The notes under the pieces were generated by a model that had not been told where the DNA came from, made no database searches, and saw nothing but the letters and a program-made list of their open reading frames with translations. Both the position numbers and the translations under genes were made by a program. This document shows positions 26,022-36,359 of a stretch of DNA of 64,000 bases, piece by piece. Numbering within the stretch: the first letter of the stretch is position 1; the number at the start of each line of letters is the position of its first letter. This stretch comes from Antechinus flavipes (lineage: Eukaryota): assembly GCF_016432865.1 (NCBI RefSeq), contig NC_067399.1:613614001-613678000 (forward strand), written 5' to 3'.

Positions 26022-29000
26022 CCTAGTATAATTTAATAATCATTTTGTCATTCCAGGCCTAATTTAAAGGGAAAAATCAATGCAGTCAATAGCTCCTCTT
26101 GTGTGTATGTGGAATTCTTGGTCAGATGCTATTGCCTAGTTATTCCTGCTTTCTGGCAAGACTCCACTTAGAGAGTTTCCATGGAGTTATCCCATTGTCA
26201 TGCCCATGGAGTTATCCCATGTCATGGAGAGGAGGCAATGCCAAGATGGTGTTTGTGCATGAGGTTTTTTCCTCTCCTGTATTATCCTCAGGCCTCCATT
26301 CCATTGGTTATGTCTTGCAATGAAGGACAATTTAAAATCTTGGTCCTAACCAACAGCCCTTATTTAATCAATTCATGTTTTAAGGAAAGACTCAGAGCAT
26401 TTGCTTTTATTTGGGAGGGGCAGAATTAGGAGAACAATGATTTGGCTTTGCAGTTCCCTTCTGCCTTTTTGCTTTACATCTCATCAGCCCTCTGAGTGTG
26501 GAATGAATGATAGAATTTTCCCAAAAGAGGCTTATTTCTGGCTAGATTCCAGTATTGATTTCTGGTTTGAAACTTTATGAAAACTTTTAGTCCAAAGTTT
26601 TTGTTACAGCCTGTGATGTAAAGATTACCTGATATAAAAGCTTAGTACAGAAAGTCAAGATTAGCCCTCCTCACCGGACTTCGTGTTGGAGAGTCACCTT
26701 GATCCTGCCTAAAAGCAGTAGTCATTGTTAAACTTAAGCTTTTTCCACACATTGATCCTTTGTGATGGAGATCTAGAGAGGCTCTGACACAGATGAGTTG
26801 ATGCTCTACTGACAAGCTGGAATTGAGGAATAAAGGTATTTTACAATCAAATTGAGATCTTTTTGTACAGATTACCTGAGCTATGAAAAACTCTAGAGCC
26901 TCTAGGGAGATATAAAAATCCTAACTGTGGAAATCCATATCAGCAAAAAGTGCAAGTTGTAGATTAGAAATCCAAAGGAGTTTAATAGATGTGTAAATCT
27001 AAAATGTTGACCAAAAAACCCCCAAACTGAATCACATGGTATCCTTTAGCTCACTTCTTACTAAGCTTGGGCCATTATCTACCCATTGTAGTGTTCATTC
27101 ATTATATAGCATGCTCTTTTAAAGTGAAACTATTGGTTGGAATTTAGTCTTTTTCAAGAACTTTTCTTCTGCCAAGGGTCATTTGGGTAGTTCTGACATC
27201 ATTTGCAAGGCCATACAAAATTTTCAACTTAAGAGAACTAAAGCAGTGGAAGATTGCCATATCTAGATTTCAGTTCATCATCATCTGTGGAAAAGACCTT
27301 TAGAGCCATGCCCTGATGACTAATTATATGTATCCCTATATGGAGAATATTTGAAATTAGTGAAAGTGAGGAGAGGACTATCCCAAATCTCCATCTGGGA
27401 AGAGCACAAGTGTATTTGGCTCCTCCCTCCTGCCAGCTTGGGAAGCCAAGTCTGAAGTCCAGAACCTGTTTTCTGAATCTTGGTGCCGAGCCTAATTCAT
27501 GATATGTCTAGACAAGGACAGAGATCTGGGCCACTCCTGGTTAAATGGGGACCAGCCCGATGTCAGCAGGTAGCCGTGAAAGAGACCAGCAATCCAAAAT
27601 CTCGGAATGAATAAGCATCATGTTCACACGGAAGGCATCATAGACAACGTCAGACATGGTTTAAAACAGGACCATCCCTAGCTCCCTCATTGGTTATCAC
27701 TAACCAGTTTCTGCCAGAATCCATACCAAGTTAAAGAAACCTCCAACAAAGCTTCTGAAAACCAAAACAAAATAGTTTTTAACCCTTAACATATAAAAAT
27801 ACTATAACAAAATGAAATACAAATATATATTAGAATCTGTAAGTGTTCTGTATAAAGAGATTCTTTTCAAGATCAAGCTACAGCAGGCCAAAAAAGAATC
27901 TAGCCTTTTCTATTTTGTGCTGCTTTTCATGGGGAATTTTGTGGTATTTTTCTGTTTAAAATGGCCCCTGAACCCTTTTTATACCTTACTGCTTTAATAC
28001 CAGTTTAGCTAAAAGCAGCCAGTGGCCAGGGATAAAGCCAAAAGCAGTAAGTTCTCTAATGGATGTGGAAAGGGGTGATATCAATGGGCTGCTCTCAGTT
28101 GCTACAAGAAAACCCAAGATGAAGCTGGACACATGGCAGAGTGGATTCAACTTGTTAGCTAGCGAATAGGAGGGAAGAGAAAAGTCCGGCATGTAATGGG
28201 AGCCTGATGACTATTCCCCGCCCTCATATCAGTAAATAGGTTTCCACATCAGGGCTTGTTCTTTTGGAGCAATCATAATGGCTCTTAAGGAAGCCCAATA
28301 ATAGTGTAAGCAGCTGAATAAGAAGGAAATAAGAAACTGAAACGACAGAAACCATTGCCTTGTTCCTTAGCTGTCCTGATGGGGTACCCTGGGTTTCCTA
28401 TATAGCATAGGGCTTAGAGCTGATGTTTTTCCTCCCAGGTCTTATCAGATAGCATGTTATGGGAGAGCAGAGGAGGAAAGGATTACTTAGTGTACATGAA
28501 CATTTGAGAGTTGGGTTTCTTTGGGGTTAATAGACCAAAGGTTTTTTCTGCCCTTTTCTCATTCCGTTTTGAAAAGATGTAGTTGTTTGGTAGCTCCTTT
28601 GCCTTGTTTTCTTGCCCTTGCAGTGACTTCCTAAGATGCTGCAAAATAAGAAGGTAATGTCTTGAAAAGAATTTTTTTTTTGTTTAAAGGAAACCAGGGG
28701 CAAGTCTGTCCATGAGGAAATTGTGACAACATGAGGTCATTGTCTCAAGAATGGGTTTCCCCTGATGATGGGAAGACATCTCTTGTGAGTAAATGTCTGT
28801 ATTTTGTAGCAGATAGCGATCTCCTAAAACACCCTTCTTTCCCTAGAGGTGATTCTAGGACCTTCTACAGTGGGTATTGCAGTGCTGAGACAGGCTAGAG
28901 CCAATTTGGGGGAGAAAGAGGAGGGAATTTTTACCTTTTGAACTTTGAAATGTGCCCCATCCCACCTTGAAAAATAAGCATCTGAGAGTTCAGAGCAGCT

Positions 29001-29449
29001 TTGGGACAGAAGGATTTGGAAGCCACAGAAGTGCTGGATTATAAGAGTATCAAGTACCCTAAGCTTATATTTTTACTCTCTCCACCAAGAGTTTCCTGTA
29101 AATTTGATGTTCTTGATCTTTTTTATTTCACGGAATCCTCAGAATGATGTTTTTAAATGTGTGCAAAATATACAAAGGAAATCACTTCCACTCAGATGCA
29201 GTTATCAAAATATCTTTTTTTTTTTTTTAAGTTCATGGGTACCAAGTTAAAAACCCCTGTTCTAATGACATCTAGACAGGATCTCAAATAATATGGCAAA
29301 AGGAAGCTGTGGCCTTTCTCCTCCTTTGGCCCCTCTAGCCAGGTTGGTGTTTTAGAATAAAAAAATGAAATTTCATGTTTATTTTAAATTTCATAATACT
29401 TAAATTCATAATCAATTCAATTCCATTTACAAGTGGAATTTTTATTTGT

Positions 29450-29810
29450 GGATGGTCAACAATTTAGTGAGTGTTAATTGTGGTTCTTCTCATACTCCAT
29501 TTCCACTTTCAGCTGCCTCCCTTTTATATTCCGATGTCTGGTGATCTCATCCTACCGGTCAAGAGTGGAGCCACTGAGCCATATCCTTTGCTGAAGCTTT
29601 CTTTGACTCATTCAGCTCTCACTGAGAATCCCTTTCCTCCCAACCCCAACAGTCTGTATAGTCCATGACACTGTTTTTACTGCCAAACTTTAGTCCTACG
29701 TTCCTGAATGTAGGCTACTTAAAGTCAGGGATTATGACTTCTGCTTCTCTGTATCCCTCCCATTGACTGTGCCTACTAGCATAGTGCTTAATAAATACTT
29801 GTTGGTTAAC
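29450..29810 (+). mobile_element. L2 LINE fragment
   Basis: Ends in ctctgtatccctccc...catagtgcttaataaatacttgttgg, an L2 3' end. Limits approximate. Confidence 0.55.
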
Positions 29811-31019
29811 ATTTCAGTTTTTATTTTGATAAATGTTTTCTAACTCAAAGGATTGGGTGTGGTTTTTTCCCAGCTTCTCTGCTAACCTGTCCCTCGTAGT
29901 TCCCTGATCAAAGTCTCACTGAGTTCCCCCTCAAAATAGTTCACCTCTTGGATTCTCCCAGCCTATTCAGACTAGAGCTCCACAATACCTTCTGTGCCTC
30001 CATAAAGTGATTCTGTCTCCCAACCCCTTAATCCTAGAAACCTAGAAAGTTGTGACCAAAGCTAGAAAATGTTGATCCAAATACTGAGAGAGAATTGGAA
30101 TCCTAGATCTGAAAAGGGCTATAATTATTTCCTACAAAAGACTCATTTTACAGACGAAGAAATGGGCTTGAAATGGCTTACCAAAAGTCCCACAGCAACT
30201 TAGCGACAGAGCTAACTGAGCTTAGTACCCAGGTCATCTGCGTCTGAATCCAGTTTTCTTTCCATTTTCCTGTACTGGGCAGGGCTTTTGTAGTGAATGG
30301 GCCACCCAGAATGATGCCCCAGAAATGAACCTGGTTGGGTGGGATGAATTGAGCACGACGCACAAAGCCTTATTCATACCTATTATTCTGGCCTATGACT
30401 CAGGGAGATCGTGGGTCCTGCTGAGACTGAGGAGGGCAGTTGGAGGGACAGAAGGTTAAGAAGGCAGTCTTGATGGAGGGCTTAACTTTTCTTCATGAAC
30501 CCACTTCCACAGCCAAAATGAAGGCTTCTGCTGCATAAGCATTTGTCCCCTTTGCACAACTCAGAAATCATTCCTCTCAATGCTAGTACTTAAGCGACTC
30601 AGTAAACACTCGGATAGTTTCCCTGGCTCAGACAGATTTTCCTGGACCACTTTTTAAAGAACGACTTGCTATTCTTGGTTTCATGGCTGTGGCCCCAGGC
30701 GACTGTCCTCCCCTCACCCTAATAGTGCCCTCTCTTAGCTCACTCCCAGGTCCAATCATTAACTAGGGAAATCGGCCCGCTCTAGGAACTTAACTAGGTG
30801 TCTCTTCTCCCTTCTAAGTGAAGAATGCTGGGAAGGGAGCTGTGGGACGAGACTGTTCTGCAGCCAAAACCTGCCTCCGTGAAAGGACGTTGCTGATGCC
30901 TGGGAAGCGTGAGAAGGGGAAGAACTAACAAGAAGTTGTTTCTCACCAACAACCGCTATCCCCACTTCCATCCTGGGACGCAAGTTCCCAGAGCTGTTCA
31001 GTGCCTCCCGCTTGTGTGT

Positions 31020-31450
31020 TTCTATCTGATGGATGCCCCCGTCAGCCGGGGATCGGTGAGAGATGCTGAGTTTTCAGAAGTTCTCAGAGCCGCTACCCCG
31101 TGTTCCGGGAAGCTCGGGTTCCCAATGTGGCCGGACCCCCATAGGACCAGTCCCAGGCCACTAAGAGCGCTCAGAATTGTTCTCAGGTACAGTCCTTTCC
31201 CAGGGAGGGAGGCTGGATGAACCGTCCACATCAGCGCGGTTATGTAGTTCAGTCTGTGAGCCCGAAGACATTCTCTCAGGCACAGGAAGCATGCGCGAGG
31301 AGCCTGGAGAAAACCTCCAGGACCGGCTCCGGACCGGCTCCGAACCGGCTTGGTTCTAGGGGCTGGCAGCCTGCAGAGGCGAGAGCGCGTCTGGGCCACG
31401 TGCCACGCAGTGGGGGCCGGGTGTCTGCCGCGTCCTAGCCACGGGCGGAG
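31020..31450. promoter_or_regulatory. CpG-island-like segment 3' of the SLIT1 stop
   Basis: About 30 CpGs in ~430 bp by hand count, against a strongly CpG-depleted background. Includes a CACGTG E-box and an 11-bp CCGG tandem repeat. Confidence 0.55.
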
Positions 31451-31555
31451 GAAGAAAGAGTTGAGCGCAGATGGGTAGATCCAACCCAGGTTGAGTGGCC
31501 TGGCATCTGAAAGGAAGGGATTTGGGCAAAGGCTCTGCCCCTCCCCAACCTCACT

Positions 31556-31625
31556 CACTCATTCATTCGTTCAACAAATATTTATTGAGCGCCTACTATG
31601 TGCAAGGCACTTCAAGCCGGCCCTA
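31556..31625 (-). mobile_element. L2 LINE 3'-terminal fragment
   Basis: cattcattcgttcaacaaatatttattgagcgcctactatgtgcaaggcac is the reverse complement of the typical L2 3' end. Confidence 0.85.
31581..31586 (-). terminator. Candidate SLIT1 poly(A) signal (AATAAA on - strand) inside an L2 3' end
   Basis: The plus strand reads caaataTTTATTgagcgcc. It is the first AATAAA I found downstream of the SLIT1 stop, ~420 nt away. Confidence 0.35.
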
Positions 31626-32009
31626 GGAAGCGGGCAAGCCGACAACACAGAGCAGCTCAGCTCAGCCCCAGTGCCCACAGCTGCCGTTCTGTTTTGAGCT
31701 TCAAAAAGGGGGCGGGGGGAATCTAGCTACACACAAGTTCTGCCCACCAGCAGTCGTCCTGGCCTGTCCTTCCCTCACTTCCAGTGGCCATGTTTCCTGC
31801 CACATGGCTGTCTACAAATGTCAGTACAGTTGCTTGTGTTGCCCCGGCTGTTGCAGTCCACCGTCCACACCTATCCTGGCTGCACTGACCATCCACATCC
31901 TGGCATCTGTCTTGGTTGTGGTCGTTCCCCACCCCACCGCAACCCCCCGCCCTCCCCCGTTCCCACCCACCCTCCCCCACCATCAGCCCAGCTTGGGGCC
32001 CTTCTGGCG

Positions 32010-32248
32010 CTACATGCAGCTAGCGCAGCCACACTTGATGGCCTTTTCCACCTCCTCCACAAATGAGGAACCATCGCTGCACTCAAAGGTGAATCTCCTC
32101 CGTTTCATCCGCAGCCCTGTGCAGCAGCCCTGGCCCAGGCAGGAGCCCCGACACTCGACCCAGGACAGCGGGCGGGTGGTCTGGCAGATGGCATAGCCCC
32201 TCTGGACCTGATGGAAATCCCGAACAGGGTCCCCCTGGCACTTGGACT
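32010..32248 (-). CDS. SLIT1: SLIT1 exon 37 (last; C-terminal cystine knot), 239 nt to stop
   Basis: Acceptor ctcactcag|AG. Encodes (E)[36 protein letters not shown]...KCGCASCM*, with TAG at 32012-32010. Confidence 0.96.
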
Positions 32249-33326
32249 CTGAGTGAGACACCAAGAGAAAGGCACAGGGTCACAGGCCTTCTTTAGAGTG
32301 GTTTGTGGAGATGGGAAGTAGAAGGTGGGCTTATAAGGTGTCTTCCTTGGACTTGTGGACGCTCCTTTCCCTACTTCTTTCCTCCCTCTAAAGTCTTATG
32401 ATCCTTAGGACTAAGGTTGAAGTGACCTTGGGGGTGGGTTAGTCCAGCCTCCCGGTTTTATGGATGAAGAAACTGGGGTCCGGAGAGTACAAGCGATCTC
32501 TCCAGCCACATTCAAGAGGGAAGAGCTGGGAAGCCAGTCCAGATCTTCTCTCCCCAAATGCAATTATCTAGAAGGGACAGTGGAAGTCAGAGATGGGATC
32601 ATGGGTTTCCAGTTGGAAGCACCCTTGGAAATCATCACATTCAGTCCCTTAATTTTCATGCTAGAGGAGGCCAAAGCCCTGGGAGATGTGATTGGTCCAC
32701 GATCACACAAGCAGCAAGCAGCAAAGCTGAGATTAAAACCCAGATCCTTTACTCCAAATTGAGTGCTTGTTGCCCTAATTCTATCCTTGTCACCTTCTCA
32801 GCTCCATTCCCCAACCCCACCCCACCCAATTCCTTATCTGAGCAAAGATCCCGGGGAAGGAATAAGATCTATGTCTTTAAAAATACGGACTTCCCTTTGC
32901 TATACCCCACTTCCAGGCATGGGAAAGAAATGGGGGATAGGAAAAGGACTCTTTTTCTTTTTTTACCAGGATGCTCAAGGCTGGGAGTGTGTCCTGGAGA
33001 AGAGAAGACGCCATGCAGATTTGGAGAGAAGCTCCATTCTTCTGGTTGCACTGAGAGTGAGTGGAGGAGCATTTCATTTCAGAAGGCCACAGGGAGGCTC
33101 TTGCTCCTCACTAGATATGGGGCAGCCAGGAGGCACAGCCAGGTTGGGGAACCAGTAAAAATGCTGAGGCAATTCTCTCATTGGAGAAATTTAGGGGTTG
33201 GTACCCAGAAGGAAGGGAAAAGAGAGGGGCACTGGGCTCAGGAAAAAGGCAGTCTAGGAAATAAAGCAGTGAACTGAGGAGCAAGGGTTTTCAGGGAAAT
33301 GGTGCATTAGGATGGGGGCCCCTGAC

Positions 33327-33538
33327 CTTGCTCACACAGCTCCCCAGCAAAGCCACTGTCGCACACACAGTGCGCGGCCCCCTCGGTGGAAATCTGGCAG
33401 TGCCCATGTAGACAATGAAGGTTCTCACAGGGATCTGGTGGCTCCCCTGGCTGGTTGCACAGAGCTCCTGTGTACCCTTCTTGGCACTGGCAACTGTACG
33501 ACAGAGCGTCCAGGGGCAAGCAGGTCCCATGTACGCAC
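33327..33538 (-). CDS. SLIT1: SLIT1 exon 36 (EGF8-EGF9), 212 nt
   Basis: ctag|G...CAAG|gtcagg. Encodes [29 protein letters not shown]...[12 protein letters not shown]. Confidence 0.96.
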
Positions 33539-34044
33539 CTAGACAGGACAGAAGACCCCGCCTAAATTGGCGCACTGACGCTAAGGTGGGAGCTGTGTCT
33601 CCAGGAGGCAGCCCCCACCAGATTCCCAGATTCCTCCCCCCTTTCTCTTTATCCCAGGGCCGAGTTCTGACAGCAGCAGTGGGCGAGAAGATCTGTGTCT
33701 TTCGAAATCTGGATCGCCCTTTGTTACCCCCCACTTTGGGGAAAGGGCCTTTCTGCCAGGATGCTTTGGGCTGGAAGTGTTCCCTGGGGAAGAGGAGATT
33801 GCCCCGGAGTCAAGCCCTTCTGCCAGCTCCTGCAGAGCTGAGGCCGCGAGGGGCACGGGCTTGACAAGGAGGGAGCTGGGACCTTTTCATCATCAGGCCT
33901 TGGAATGGAGAAGACACAGCCCGCAGGCTTGGGGAGTGGCCCTTTCTCTTCAGCACCTCAGTGCGGGCCCTGCCTCCCCGCCAGCCCTTTCCTCTTGTTC
34001 CTGCCCCAGGCCAGCAGGCGGAGGTTCCCCCAGGGCTCACTCAC

Positions 34045-34333
34045 TTGTGCCCCTGGCAGGGGTTGCCGACCTGCTGGTCGCAGTGGGGGCCCCCCCAGCC
34101 GGGCTCGCAGTGGCAGACGGGCCCGTGGGCGGCGTTGGGCTGGCAGATGCCGTGGAGACAGTAGAGCTTCCGGCAGGGCTCGCAGCCCGGCACCACGCCC
34201 GGCTGCATCTGCGTCTTGGTGAAGTCCTGCAGCTCGTTGTTGATGTACAGGTTGCGGATGCAGCCGTGGAAGCTGGTGCCGTTGAGGATCTGCCACAGCC
34301 GGAAGGCGGCTGAATTCACGTCCACAGGCATCC
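34045..34333 (-). CDS. SLIT1: SLIT1 exon 35 (end of laminin-G domain plus EGF7), 289 nt
   Basis: ctgcag|GG...CACAA|gtgagt. Encodes [37 protein letters not shown]...NPCQGHK. Confidence 0.96.
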
Positions 34334-34882
34334 CTGCAGCCAGGAGCAGAGCTGCCCTGAGCCCTGGGAGGCTCCCACTGGGGAGCTGTGCCCTGTCTGG
34401 CCAGAGCTTGTGGGGAGACCCCACACCCCTCTTAGGCAGGATGTGGAAGCCGTCACTGGCCAGGGGAGCAGAAGGCTGTGGGGGAGCTGGTCCCAAGCCT
34501 GGCCCCTCATCCAGGCCAGCATTCTGCTCTGGGCCCCAGGGTGGTGGGAAAAGGATGACATGGACAGAGACCGGTGCTCTGAGCTTCCATCCCTGCCCCA
34601 CGTCCCCCCGAACCCACCTCCCAGACTGTGGAGCCTCACAGAGGCTAACCTGGCTTTAAATTAACCCAGCCAAGCAAGGCTTTTGGTCCCCGGCTCCAAT
34701 GCAAGACCAGACCCCAGCCTCCAGGTCTTCTTAGAACTGATCCACTCTCCCTGGAGCCTCCAGAGAGGGGACGGAGGAGGACATCCCAGAGCCTGCGGCC
34801 AGAGGGCCACACGGAGTTGACCCAGGCCCGGGAATGGAAAGGGGGTCCTAGCAGGAGCGCCTTGGAAAGCCCGGAGCCTCAC

Positions 34883-35037
34883 CTCCCACGTAGAGTGGGG
34901 CCTCGCTGTTGAGGGTGTAGTGTTTGCCAAAGTTGTCCATGGTCATGGGGCTGCCGCCATCGATGGAGAGATTCACCATCTGGTCAAAGGTGACAAGTTC
35001 GACTGTGTGGAACTGGCCATCATTGATGGTCTCGGCG
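34883..35037 (-). CDS. SLIT1: SLIT1 exon 34 (laminin-G), 155 nt
   Basis: ttctag|C...GGAG|gtgagg. Encodes [51 protein letters not shown]. Confidence 0.96.
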
Positions 35038-35510
35038 CTAGAAGGAGACAAGGCAGCACCCCCCGCTGTGGGTCAGGGGCTTCAGCCACAGGAGAACATC
35101 AGCATCTGTTTCTCCAGACATGTGGGGCTACCATAGCCGCAGCACAGATCGCTAAGGACCTCAGACAAACAGCCTCCCAAGAACAGAAGGACTGGGGAGT
35201 TTCAGGCTGACTCGGTGGCAGACTTCTCATCCATTCCCCTTAGGGCTGGGGTGGGAAAGCCCTTCCAGGGTATCCCTGTCGTGCAGAGGCTTCCTGACCC
35301 TTCCCCTTGCACTCATGCTCTTCCCACCTATGGCCAAGGTGAAGAACCCTCAGCCTCCTTTCTGAGGTAGGACCTGAACTGAAAGGTCCGAGACAAGATA
35401 GCGGCAGGGGCTCCAGGGATTCATCTAAGAGTAGCAGTCCTAATTGTGAGACCAAGTAGCAGATGCTCCCTGGCCCCAAAGGGTGAGCACTTAGGCGAAG
35501 GAGGAGCTAC

Positions 35511-35641
35511 CTGTAGATAGCCGAGCTGGGGTAGCTGCCTGGATCGTAGCTGACCCTCACGTGCCCTTGGTACAGCTCCACAGCGATGTGGTCGTTGTCG
35601 CCATTGTACAGCAGGATTCCGTTGTCTTCCGCTGTGGCGAC
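35511..35641 (-). CDS. SLIT1: SLIT1 exon 33 (laminin-G), 131 nt
   Basis: cccacag|GTC...TACAG|gtagct. Encodes [43 protein letters not shown]. Confidence 0.96.
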
Positions 35642-35822
35642 CTGTGGGGAGAAAAGATACCCGGGCCCTCTGCGTGTGGGAGGTGGGAGGGGGCCCCGGG
35701 GGCCCTTTCCAAGGAACACCCTCAGAAGGGCCAAGTCCTTAAGGCTGCACTCCAGGTAAGGGCTTTCTTCTTCATCCACCTCCCCACCTCTCTTCCAGCC
35801 CAGTCTCCCCACCTCATCCTAC

Positions 35823-36060
35823 CTGCAGGGTGATGTTTGCCCGGGGCCAGTTCTGCAGGTCAGTGAATTGTAGATAAGTGTCTCTGTCCACAAAGTTGAC
35901 ACTCAACAGCTTCTCACACTCTGGGCCACCAAAGCCTGGCAGACACTGACACACAGGCCTGTTACCGAGGTCCACACAGTTAGCCCCGTTCTGGCATTCG
36001 GCTCCCTCGCAGGGGCTCAGGGGCTTTAGGGGCTGGGAGGCCATCTCACACAGCTGCCCA
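35823..36060 (-). CDS. SLIT1: SLIT1 exon 32 (EGF5-EGF6 linker, EGF6, start of laminin-G), 238 nt
   Basis: gtcacag|T...CTGCAG|gtagga. Encodes [28 protein letters not shown]...WPRANITLQ. Confidence 0.95.
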
Positions 36061-36359
36061 CTGTGACAAAAGGAGAAGGGAAAAGAGGTCAGAAACAGGG
36101 GCCGATTGTCTTGGCCATGGGATATATCCTATTTCCTCCTGTAGCCCTTCTTCCCAGTATTACACTCATTACTGGTCACCTGAGCCCTGTCCCTATTTTC
36201 AATTAAACTCAATTAAGCGAGTATTTAGTAAATGCCCCAGGGACCTGCACAGCCCTTCTCTCCCAGAGTTCATTCTGTTAACTGGCTTGTCCACTTTGTC
36301 TTGAAATTCCTAATTCTGTTGTTTGTTGGGTTTAAAAATTATTGTAAACTTAACAGCTA

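Noticed and set aside
31065-31090. TTCAGAAGTTC as a heat-shock element
   Set aside because: The TTC/GAA blocks are spaced by one base rather than the two needed for nGAAn inverted repeats.
31321-31353. Direct repeats as a CRISPR-like array
   Set aside because: They are 11-bp adjacent units with no spacers, in a mammalian genome with no cas genes.
32558-33277. 239-aa + strand ORF between SLIT1 exons 37 and 36
   Set aside because: It lies antisense in an intron, includes a CORE-SINE-like fragment near 32560-32700, and has no recognisable domain or coding-like composition.
33291-35210. Many overlapping 70-190 aa ORFs on both strands
   Set aside because: These are shadow frames of GC-rich, stop-poor SLIT1 exons 34-36. 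Only the spliced SLIT1 frame has homology and splice signals.
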